A DNA stretch of 37,314 bases, from positions 957,957-995,270 of the forward strand of contig NW_002060961.1 in assembly GCF_000150275.1 (NCBI RefSeq). The letters are read 5' to 3'. Every line of letters begins with the position of its first letter. Position 1 is the first letter of the stretch. This document shows positions 1 through 11,367 of this stretch, piece after piece. Source of the DNA: Trichoplax adhaerens (Eukaryota > Animalia > Placozoa). Position numbers and translations under genes: made by a program. Under the pieces are notes generated by a model. It ran no database searches, was not told where the DNA came from, and was given only the letters and a program-made list of their open reading frames with translations.

Positions 1-1146
1 AACGTAGGGCTGGAGAAGGACCTGATAGCGACGTGTGTGGTATTGGCTATCATCATCTTACCTCGCTACAGAATGACTGTAAAATTTCATTGGCTGAACC
101 TTCTGACATACTGCCGTCAATGTGGATAGCGTACCCAATCGATGAATATTAAATAGAATAAGTTAAGTTGGCAATAAAGGAAGGAAACAGTCTGCGTCTT
201 GAGCAATGACTTTATGGAAAGCCAACTTCCATTCCAATTCACGGTCCAATATTGTCAACTCGTCCACCCACGGCTACCTAAATCAATCCAATGCTAATAC
301 TGCCAATGTCTTCTTGGTAGTCTTGATCAATTAATACGTTTGCATCGACAATTAGAGCCTAAATGGAATCTCTTGAGCAGCCAATGGAGAGAGGAAAGAG
401 AAATGGTTGGCGCTGGTCCTTCTGTTCTGTTGAATCTTTGTAGCAGGCTTTTGGGCTGCCACTGTACTGCACATGCGCACTGTCCATGCGTCCTGTAGAC
501 GGTGAGTCCCTTCTGGGCTTTCCAGTACGAACCCTGACCGTAACAGTACCGTTCTGAACCGAACCGTGCCGCAACCGGTACGGTACAGAACGCAAAACAA
601 GGAAAATGTCTCCAGGACAGTGCACAGTACTGACGACTGCTACAGTACGTAGTACTGTAGCAGTCTATGACATGGTGTCGGGTACTTACTGGGCGTTCTA
701 TAGTACGTACTGTACAGTACGTCCACTGTTGAGGTCTACCTTGAGTGTACAGTGTACAGTCAAGGTAAAAGTGGAGGCATTTCATACTCAACAGTACTGT
801 GGACAGTGGACTGTACTGTACCTTGTATAGCACAATACAGGATTGTATGTTGGCACGTGGACAAGCCATGCGTGCTACGCTCGACATTACTAGTTCAAGA
901 TGGGTCGGTCGTGCATGACCATTTGCAATGGCTTTACTGTGTAGTAAAAAAGACGAACAGTCTATGCTTCGGAACTAGTTGATGTACAGCCATCTTAGAA
1001 CACCGATCTACAGTAGTACAAGATGATAGCGGCACCTTTTACCTTTTATCCTTCAAGATTGCATGGAGACTCATTGTACTGTACAGTGTACAGTACAACG
1101 TTTCTACAATGTACAGTATAAAACGTAGACTTACTGTACTGTAGAT

Positions 1147-2296
1147 ACTGTAGGTTGCTAATAGTGACATTAGTTTTGCTATCCACATGATTTTCTATTC
1201 AGCCCAAGCCATGACATGCCGAGACCAGTGTTGACTATGATGATGATGAACAAATGCAAAAGGAATGTCACTAGTCAAGAGCGGACGCTGACTTGCTCCC
1301 TAGGAGACCCAATAATACTATATCGTCAACATGATTTTCTATTCAGCACAAGTCCTGACATGCCGAGACCAGTGTGGACTATGATAATCAATAACAAATG
1401 CAAAAGGAATGTCACTAGTCAAGAGCGGACGCTGACTTGCTCCCTACACCAATAACACTATATCGTCAACATGATTTTCTACTCAGCCCAAGCCATGACA
1501 TGCCGAGACCAGTGTTGACTACGATAATCAACAACAAATGCAAAAGGAATGTCACTAGTCAAGAGCGGACGCGGACTTGCTCCCTAGGCCAATACTGTAC
1601 GTTGCTAATAGTGACATTAGTTTTGCTATCCACATGATTTTCTATTCAGCCCAAGCCATGACATGCCGAGACCAGTGTTGACTATGATGATGAAGAACAA
1701 ATGCAAAAGGAATGTCACTAGTCAAGAGCGGACGCGGACTTGCTTCCTAGGAGACCCAATAATACTATATCGTCAACATGATTTTCTATTCAGCCCAAGC
1801 CATGACATGCCGAGACCAGTGTTGACTATGATGATGAAGAACAAATGCAAAAGGAATGTCACTAGTCAAGAGCGGACGCGGACTTGCTCCCTAGGCCAAT
1901 ACTGTACGTTGCTAATAGTGACATTAGTTTTGCTATCCACATGATTTTCTATTCAGCCCAAGCCATGACATGCCGAGACCAGTGTTGACTATGATGATGA
2001 AGAACAAATGCAAAAGGAATGTCACTAGTCAAGAGCGGACGCGGACTTGCTCCCTAGGCCAATACTGTACGTTGCTAATAGTGACATTAGTTTTGCTATC
2101 CACATGATTTTCTATTCAGCCCAAGCCATGACATGCCGAGACCAGTGTTGACTATGATGATCAAGAACAAATGCAAAAGGAATGTCACTAGTCAAGAGCG
2201 GACGCTGACTTGCTCCCTAGGAGACCCAATAATACTATATCGTCAACATGATTTTCTACTCAGCCCAAGCCATGACATGCCGAGACCAGTGTGACT
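1147..2296. repeat. Tandem repeat: about 119-bp core plus one of two alternative spacers (units mostly 144 or 163 bp), at least 8 cores, running into an assembly gap
   Basis: The core CATGATTTTCTATTCAGCCCAAGCC...GACTTGCTCCCTAGG starts at 1186, 1330, 1470, 1633, 1777, 1940, 2103 and 2247 (spacings 144, 140, 163, 144, 163, 163, 144). Confidence 0.97.
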
Positions 2297-2510
2297 NNNN
2301 NNNNNNNNNNNNNNNNNNNNNNNNNNNNNNNNNNNNNNNNNNNNNNNNNNNNNNNNNNNNNNNNNNNNNNNNNNNNNNNNNNNNNNNNNNNNNNNNNNNN
2401 NNNNNNNNNNNNNNNNNNNNNNNNNNNNNNNNNNNNNNNNNNNNNNNNNNNNNNNNNNNNNNNNNNNNNNNNNNNNNNNNNNNNNNNNNNNNNNNNNNNN
2501 NNNNNNNNNN
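2297..2510. other. Assembly gap (N run)
   Basis: Run of N directly after the tandem array. Confidence 1.
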
Positions 2511-2640
2511 TGTATCAATCAGTTCATGTTGTAGTCAATATCCTACATCGATGAGTACTTTTGCTAGTGGGTGCTAGGAGATGGAATCAGCCAGACGTGT
2601 TACTTATTGTAGCTCCTTGTATCATTATTGTTCCTTGTAG

Positions 2641-5600
2641 GAAGAACATGGCAAGCCACTCTTTGGTGTTCATTTTAATTATTCTTATAGCCATCCTGAT
2701 GATTCCAAGATATTTGCATCAGTGGGAGCCAATAAGGTCGAGTCAATAAGCGATTCAAGCCATAATCGTTTCTTACCAACTGTTCTGCTTCTACTAGTGA
2801 TGCTATTTTGATTCAATCTATTATCCACGACGGTTTACAGTATCCAAACGATGCCTTCATAACGCCATGTACAGCTGTATAGGTGTAGAGCTATCAATAT
2901 CAGCTAATGTTGCAATCCAGATGAATAGATGATGATATTGTATAATGTACAAGATGTCTCTATAAAGTAGATCCCAATGGCCGATCACTTCCTAGAAAAG
3001 GATATCGCCCTGTTTCTATAGTCGAGTCTGCACGTATTAGAAACCGATGCTACAGTGGGCAATCAAGCCAACTTGATAATCACTTTCGATAAATGTAATG
3101 ATTTGGTCACATTGCTATCATATTGCCTATGGCAATCTTGTGTTAAAATCCACCTCAATAGATGATACTTTTCTTGAATGTACAGTACAACCCTCTTCAT
3201 GTTGCTACAGTCGAGTCTATTGCATTTGCACGACAAGCTTACCTTAATCCAACGTAAAGACTTGCTCGATGTAGCGGTCCAATCAAACAACTGTCAATTA
3301 CGATAACATATCGGACACTAATAAATCCATTCATCAATGGAGCTCTCATTCATTGATGTAAGATTAAACTATGCCTGATCCTATTTTTTATTTTAGGTTT
3401 CAATATATCAATGCACTGATGATGGTAGAATTAAGTTACTCCAAGCTTATACCGATCCTGACGTATCCGTATAACCAATACATATCTCCAAAATGATCTT
3501 ATTCTCAGTACAATTACTCGTTATACTATACTGACAGTTGATAGCAAATATAAAAAGAATAGAAACAACTTATTGACATTACAAAACGGACAACAATGCA
3601 AAAAATTGGGTTTGCAAATACTGTGCAATCATTGCTGAGTTGTCTGCGTATGTAAACCTTTTATCTAAAGCTATTTATGAGCTGTACTTATTCTAACTCA
3701 ATGTAATGGAACTAGTTTTCATCATTCCATGATACTATACTATTGAAAATTAATTTTATTTTGTATTTGAAGATCAAAAATAGTTACACTTTTGTAGAAT
3801 TGAATTAATAAGGGTAGCAGCTATGGTCTCCTGATTTTAGTTATAGTCTTTCCAAGTTATTCATTACGTAGAGTTAGTGTAGAATCACTTTCAATTGATT
3901 GCAGATGACGATTTATAAAATCATCACTTATTCTCTGGTGCATTAATTATTATTTAATTTTAAGTTTAAAAAACAATTGATCAAACTTAACCCTTAACGT
4001 GCGTTTTAGCCAGAAGAAGATTTCTATACTTGTGCCTGGTCTTACCTTCACAATACATCTGAATTAATTTTGGCTATTGCAGGAGCTCGAGGCGTTATTA
4101 GAATTATTAAGTAATTCGATAACTCATCATCACTAATTATATATTTGTAATGCAGTCAAACAACACAATCTGTGTTGTATGCAACGAAGATAAATATGGT
4201 ACTGTATGTCATTTATCTTCAATCTTTTCTTTTATTGCTCTTATCACAGCGCTGCTACTACCGTTTGCATTAAGGTACCAAATAATGTACAAATTGATTA
4301 TCGTATTATTGATCCTATTTACGCACTATTGAGTGTTTCAAATTAAAGTATTCAATTTTCCCTAGTGTTATCCAGGCCAAGGAAATGCCATTAATGAGCT
4401 TAAATTCCATCCTTTGGATCCTAATATTTTAGCTTCAGTTGGAAAAGGTATGATTGCCACTAGGAAATTGGTCCTGTACTATACCCGTTTATGCTAACTT
4501 TCATTAATGCATGAATAAATAGGATGCTATTATGTCATGATTAAATGGCGTATAGCGTAGCTTAACAGACTTTTACAAAGTCTTATATACTGTATACTTA
4601 ACTTTATTATTACGAAATAGATCATTTAATTCATTTGTGGAATATTAAGAATGATACATGCATTGCCATTTTTGGTGGAATTGACGGTCACCGAGATGAA
4701 GTCTTGAGTGTTGTATGATATACTTACTGCAGTTAAACAACAGTTTATTCCATTGATTTGTTGAACGTGTATCGCTTACTATAAGAAACTTGTTATTTTT
4801 AGGATTTCGATATTTTGGGAAAAAAAATAATCTCTTCTGGAATGGATCATTCTATAAAAATGTGGACGTTGGAATCGGAAATACTAGAAGAGGTCAGAGC
4901 ATGCTTTCATGAATGCTTAATCGCTTATGCTAACGATTATGTATTCTGTGATTGATAGTATCACCTTACTGCCATGGCTATAATGCTATTTAGATCATTA
5001 AATACAGTACATTTATCCCTATTAGACGATCAAGAAATCCTATGAATATAATCCTGTGACTGCGGATAAGTAATACAATCGGACATTTCGTTATCCTTTT
5101 GACTTTCAATTATGCTAAGATACAAATATAAATGTTTTATAATTGTAATTTTTTGTTCACATCTTCTATAAATAGGTCGTTCAAGATCCTTTACGTAGAT
5201 GAGCCACAATTTTCTACTCGCGATATTCATCGGAATTATATTGACTGTGTTAGGTGGTTTGGCAATCTAATATTATCAAAAGTAGGTGGCATGTTATAAC
5301 AGTAAATATGTGTAGACTTTACGGTAGTTACATATGGCTAAATAAACTTTTATCCAATTCTTAATTCGTATAATGTTCTATCCATGATTTGTAGTCCTGT
5401 GAGAATTCCATCGTCTGTTGGCAGCCGACGTGTCTGACGGAGAAGCTCAATCCGAATATTAAGAAGGTTCGCTTACAACCTTTCTTTGCTATTTGAAAAG
5501 TTATTTAACAGTTCATTGTTCTCGAATTCTGTTAGGCAACGCCCTTAGATAATTTAGTTATGGTCCATCGGTAAGTTACTATCGCAATAACTGTTTATTG

Positions 5601-6117
5601 TCTGGGAGAAGTTTATACTTATAGGAACGAAATTGTTTTGAACGTTCTAGGTTTGACTATAATCAATGTGACATCTGGTACCTCCGATTTTGCTTAGATT
5701 ATCAACAAAAGGTTATAATTTACAGTAATGATATCTGAACATAAATTGCGATTGCACATATCTTGATCGTTCGATTTAATTATATAATTTGATGTAAGCT
5801 TAATAGCTGTATCATCTCCAGCAAATACAGATATAAAGAATATGTAATTTGATAAGATTAATATTTGTTTGGATAAAAATCCAACTTTACCTAAAGACAT
5901 TTTATCATGTCAATAGACATTAGCTGTTGGAAATCAAGTTGGGAAGGTATTCTTATGGGACTTGGAAAACGAAAATTTAAGTCAGCATCGTGCTGTTGTT
6001 TTATCACATCCGAAATGTTCTGCTGCCATTCGACAAATAGCTATTAGCCGTGACGGCTCTTGCTTGGTTCATGCTTGCGATGATGGAACTATCTGGCGAT
6101 GGGACAAAAAGATGTAG
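2641..6117 (+). CDS. EED: Polycomb protein EED/ESC (PRC2 WD40 subunit), 5'-partial. Exons 2641-2736, 3397-3462, 4010-4110, 4250-4274, 4366-4447, 4621-4712, 4803-4892, 5026-5069, 5176-5281, 5395-5466, 5625-5711, 5917-6117
   Basis: Spliced translation gives [109 protein letters not shown] and [10 protein letters not shown]. All introns are GT-AG with consistent phases; stop TAG at 6115-6117. Confidence 0.96.
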
Positions 6118-6624
6118 AGTCTTACTTGTATATTAGTTACCATTTGAATGACACTTTGCCGAGTATCCCATAGTAACTGATGTTGCTAATTTTACTCTTA
6201 ATCATATTTCGAATCCCCTCCAAAAATTGAATTTATCGACATTGTATATTATCCTACCAGACTTGAAGTTGAATATTTTATATAGCTACTGTTTGGTACA
6301 GGCTTTTAAAAAATCTTGAAAACCTACTCGTACAACTTTCGACTCCCTATAATCTTATATCCGTATGATCGTCTCATTTTACTGAGTAGCAGCATATAAG
6401 ATTACTTGCTGCCTTTCATTACAAGATAACTTTAAACTTTCAGTTAAAAATTTATTGTGATCAGTTATGGAACACAAAATGTAATATATATATATACATA
6501 GCATCTTGTACAGCGGATTAGGGTACGTGCAATAACCTTTAACGATTCAAAACGACTGTAGTATCATATGCTTTGAAAATACTCAATATATACAGCATTG
6601 CTTTCGTGTATAAAGAGCTATGAA

Positions 6625-9598
6625 TTAAAATAAACCGATTTTAACTTTTCCTTCTTTTGCCAGAGGCACAAAGTATTTAAGTAGCAACTGCGTAATGTCT
6701 TCTCGAATCTATTACAAATACAGCAACACAAATTTGACTAAGTATCCTTAATAAGTCTAAAACTATTCTGTAGGTGGTATATTTCAATTATGCGTATTGC
6801 AATGGACTAACCTCGACAATATCAAGCAAGCGCCTCTCCTTTGCATCGCGATAATTCCAATCCAATATGACGTACTTTAATTTATCTAACTTTAAGGCAT
6901 CTGCACGTCCGGTAACAAAAATGTTTGTTTAGTTTATAACGCTAAAGCAGTTCACGAAATCGGTTCAAGATGTGTAAAATGTTATTAGATATTCAATCTA
7001 TACTGTTAACTTTCATATCTAACCTTCAGTAACTAATTTATGCACTCTGTTTGGAGTTGCTACGGCAAAATGTACTTTTCCCTTTAGCAATTCTACATGT
7101 TGATGCAACTAGAAAGCAATACCCAAATACTAAATTTCTTTCATCATATAAAATAATTCTAATAAATTGCTTTAATACAAACCTTAAAATGTTTAGCAAA
7201 TAACTTAATTGTGCAACATTTTCCTTTAAATTCAGTGGACGCCCTATTTTATAATTTAAAAGCAGATTAGCTTATGGTATCAGGCATTGAAAACTAGACA
7301 GGTAACATCGCTACGCTCGATACTTTGTACCTGTTTAAATCAACAGCTCGACTAGCAGAAGAGGTAATTACAAGAAGTATGGGGCTTCCACCTGTACCTT
7401 TATATTTCTTCACATCCCTTTTCCACTGTGGGATTACTATAGCAAGTTATTAAAGTGTAATCAATTGCAATCGTTCCTCATTAACAAGTCTATCAACTGT
7501 CGGAAAACAGAAATAGTACCGTGTTTAAGATATGTAGACAGCGAATCCGGATGTCCAGATTGAGATTTCGGTTCTTCAAGAAAGCTAGATTCTGAGGTAG
7601 TAAAGAAAAGGTTACAGTCGTTCATTTTCGTAGAATATGGGCGGATAACTTATGCCTCAAGCTTCTACCAAGTTATCAGTTTAACGATTGCGCTTGTAAA
7701 GGCTGTTAAAAGCCCCGATTATAAAGCTCAAGACTAATTAGTGCAAGACTTATTAAGAATAAATGCTAATTTATAAGTAAAAAACATCCTTGGTTCAATT
7801 TAACAAGTTGTAGTCTATAAATTCACTGTCGTATTACCGCTTAATTTATAGTCTTCCGCTTCAATAGGCGTCAACTTTGCAGCATTGCATAATGCAGTTA
7901 GCAACTGGTTGTCTTTGTTTCCATCACTAGTAGTATCGCTTTTAAACTAGAAAGAAAGTGAATTATAGTATTGAATGACGATTTAGATACATTACTCATA
8001 GCTTAAAGTTTAACGCTTCTGTAATATGCGAAGTCATACATTAGATCCAAGATTATGTAGGATAACGATCACACGCGATATGCAGATGACTCAGAATAAG
8101 GTTTAGGTTTATTGCAAGGACACGCTACAGGATCGAGATCGATATCCCGAGATAGCTATGTAACATCGGCATGTATTATATCAGAAGCAATACTATTGAA
8201 CAGTCTTATTCTGTACTTAGGCTACCTTACTACGGTACGTATCCTCTGCAACTACAGTGCTTCGTATTATAATAATCATAGTCCTTATCTACTTTACATA
8301 GTCGGTGTTACTACACATATCACAGCTTCTACTTCAGGTTTTCAACGGTTACAAATCTAGGTAAATAATCAAATATCTTACGCATGATAGCATACCTTCT
8401 TCTTGCGCTTTTTTGCTTTACTTTTAGTTTTTCCCGTTGACACATCTGAGATTTTGTTGTCATTGGCAGTATTCTTCTATATGAAGTAAAACATACATTT
8501 ACAACTAGCACAAAATTGGCTTCGAGCATTATATTTATTTCTCGATATGAAACGATTCTATTTATAGGCACATATGTGTTTGAGCTATCCTGACGATACG
8601 TTCACTATATTAACTGCTTGAGAACTGAGATTTTGTATTTTTGCTTGTATTTTGTGTTACAGCTAATGTACTAATGACAGACTATTAAGACTACATCTTC
8701 TACTTCTATACAGTTATTATAGTGTCTAGGAAAGAATAAAAGCGATACACAGGTCGAAAAGGTAGTTTCATTAGCTTTGCTAATATGCCAATTAATGATA
8801 ACTTATACTCCGTTATTCACTGCAAGAACGTTGCGTAATACAGAATTAAATATAAGCTAGAAAATAACTGTAGTGTCACTGATTCAAATATATGAAAATA
8901 AATGTAGACATCGAATTATTATACTAACACTGCCAATCAACTCGGTCTGGGTATATCGTACTGTACAAGTGACAAATAGCAATCTTAACATACTGTATGT
9001 ATCGTAGTAAGCTGCAGAGAACCTGTGAAGGCGCAAGGAAATTATGGCATTGCAAATGACTTACAACTCATTGAAGTAGAATCGTAAGCATATCACACGC
9101 GAGGCAATTAACCGTCTGTGATTATGAGTATTAAAATGTTCAATCTTACGGTGCATCTTGCTTGCATTTATACTATATAAGATCTACTGTACATCATCTA
9201 CAATGTAGATTTTTATTTATTAGTCTTGAATGCATATTTATTGCTGAGTACACGTTTAATATAGCTTACAACAGGAAACGTTTAACTGTTAATACTACAG
9301 CAATTGCAGTTGATAGTTAGCGCTAATAACCTTTCATTTCGTGCTATAGACAAGCAAACCTATGCAAGCTATTGCAACTAGAAGACAGCTATCTCGTAGC
9401 TGGTAACACATGCAACATAGCTATCGGAATCATAATTTGCATCAAGTCATTATCCCTATTAGCCACCTGTGCATTGCTATCCTCTGTTTCGGTAGTTTCT
9501 ATCGTGTTACCATTTCCCTCATCGGGGCCATTATTCAGCCACCAATCTCCATCATCCATGGCATCAGCACTAGCTAACTTTCTTTTCCTGTGGGCCAT
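6625..9598 (-). CDS. CMSS1: CMSS1/Cms1 (small-subunit processome associated, DEAD-like fold). Approximate exons 9467-9598, 8395-8476, 7838-7947, 7520-7592, 7331-7436, 7183-7244, 7024-7088+, 6812-6900, 6625-6708
   Basis: Motifs MDDGDWW (N-terminus), GSPILLVITSSASRAVDLNR, KLFAKHFK, FAVATPNRV, LDWNYRDAKERRLLDI and C-terminal KIGLF*. The start could be the Met at 9598 or at 9559. Confidence 0.9.
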
Positions 9599-10234
9599 GT
9601 TGTTCCTATCGATAATATGGCTAACACCAAGTCTGTCCAAGGCTGATTTGGCAGCAGAAGCAAATCTGTTTTACCTGCAAGATTGCAAATCAGCTGCAGT
9701 AGTCGCATGCAGAATTTGTGCGAAAAAGGCTGTCAGCTTCTTGACCACTCTTGCCTATCAGAAGTAACTATGTTGTCATAGAAACGAGGTAAGAAGGTGA
9801 CACATAATTGACACATACTTAAGACTACCACCTAAACTCTCACGGTCTTTAACACCGTATAACAACTGCAGTCAAATCCTTAAAACGTATCACACACATG
9901 GCACAGTGTACAGCTAGTGTATTGGTAGACTACTTTCATGAAGGAGGAAAGGCGTCATAAACCAACGCGTGCGCAGTATTCACTCTTACCTCCTAATTTG
10001 TATTGCTAGGTTACGCTAACAACAAAAATTGATTTGATAGGATTACATAGTATAGAGTCTCATATATGTTATACTGTTGTAGAAGAACATCCAGAAGGAC
10101 GCAACATCATTCCTCATCAACTATCCTGCGTTAAAGGTCGAAAATTAATACAGTTTAGCCCTTACTGAAGCAGAGCTGTAAAGAAAAGCACCTTTCAATC
10201 GAAAATCATATTTATATCCGTTAAATTCTACAAG
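9599..10234. promoter_or_regulatory. Putative bidirectional promoter between CMSS1 and MYCBP
   Basis: Head-to-head start codons about 640 bp apart. Positional inference only. Confidence 0.45.
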
Positions 10235-11367
10235 ATGACGACATATAGAGTGAGTAAAACACATATTGACATCTATCCAAGCTACTGTATTATTGAAGTA
10301 GGGACGATTGATAAACTTAGAAATTTTAATAAATAGAAACTCTATCGCATACTCTAGTAATTTATAAAATAGGATCGTACGGTATCAAAGAATAAGATAT
10401 CCCACTTTTAACATTGTAAAATACGATTAACAAAGTCAAATGTCAGCTATAAGGATACATGCAAGAGATACAGTTTAACATAATTTTTTGCTTGACTGAG
10501 TAATTTGAGATCTACCCTTACGCTATTCTGCTGGAAAATACTGACAACTAGCAATCCAAGAAACTGTAATGGAGAGGAGCGATTCCATTTTAATGTACTA
10601 TAAATTCTCACGAATTACAAAATAAGATTATACAGCATCAAATGAATATATTTGCGCTGTGATTGTAAATGTGTACGTTTAAAGCAAACATTGTTTGCAA
10701 ATGACATACGAGGATTTAAATTTACCATGATTTTGTTCAAAGTGATAGATTAAGCTTTGTGCTGCAATTATATCTAAAGTTTTCAACAGTCATTCCATAG
10801 AATATCATGCTGAGTGATTTAAAAATATAATGCTTTTACTGATTTTGAACTTATGGCAATATAATTTACAGGCTGCCGATTCTAAACGCGAAGAATTCAG
10901 AAAATACTTAGAAAAGGCAGGTGTATTAGACTGCCTCACTAAAGGTAAATTCATATAGCGTAGGATAAATAGGAAAGCTATGAACATTGCAATGACTATT
11001 GACTATGACCAAGTTTGAACTCATTTTATATTCAATCCTTACGATAAAGTACTGGTTACTCTATATGAAGAACCTGAAAAACCAAATGATGCATTGGACT
11101 TTTTAAAACAACACTTGCACGGCGGTCCTCCCGAAACAAGCGATGTAGAAGCATTGAGATTAGAGAATGCAGAATTAAAACAAAAAAACAATGCTTTACA
11201 AGAAGAAGTCAACGAGCTTAAATCAAAGGTAGACATCGATTATCTTGGAATTATAAATTGAAATTCAAAGTTGTTAATTTTAACTTAAGAAGTTTAAAAT
11301 TAAATGGCTCAATTATTATGTTTTACTCTTACAGCTTGCAGAATACGAGAATAATACGGAAGAATAA
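10235..11367 (+). CDS. MYCBP: c-Myc-binding protein (AMY-1). Exons 10235-10249, 10872-10944, 11050-11228, 11335-11367
   Basis: Spliced protein MTTYR|AADSKREEFRKYLEKAGVLDCLTK|VLVTLYEEPEKPNDALDFLKQHL...|LAEYENNTEE*. It matches the known MYCBP sequence (AADSKREQFRRYLEK...LYEEPEKP) and uses GT-AG introns. Confidence 0.95.

Noticed and set aside
327-982. ORF-track ORFs over the GTAC-rich block
   Set aside because: Their C/T/V/Y/S/Q-biased composition follows from the motif cluster, and no domain is recognisable.
1235-1295. C/D-box snoRNA in the repeat core (ATGATGA...CTGA)
   Set aside because: CTGA is present in only some units, there is no convincing terminal stem, and I recognise no rRNA complement.
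1216-1944. Repeat-encoded ORFs (MPRPVLTMMM...) as genes or as the EED N-terminus
   Set aside because: The 140- and 163-bp units break the frame, there is no usable donor, and the KNKCK resemblance to EED is too weak.
1147-2296. CRISPR-like repeat-spacer array
   Set aside because: The repeat is about 119 bp, there are only two recurring spacer types rather than unique spacers, no cas genes are present, and the context is eukaryotic.
9372-9767. 131-aa plus-strand ORF
   Set aside because: It starts at TTG and is antisense to CMSS1 exon 1, with no recognisable features.
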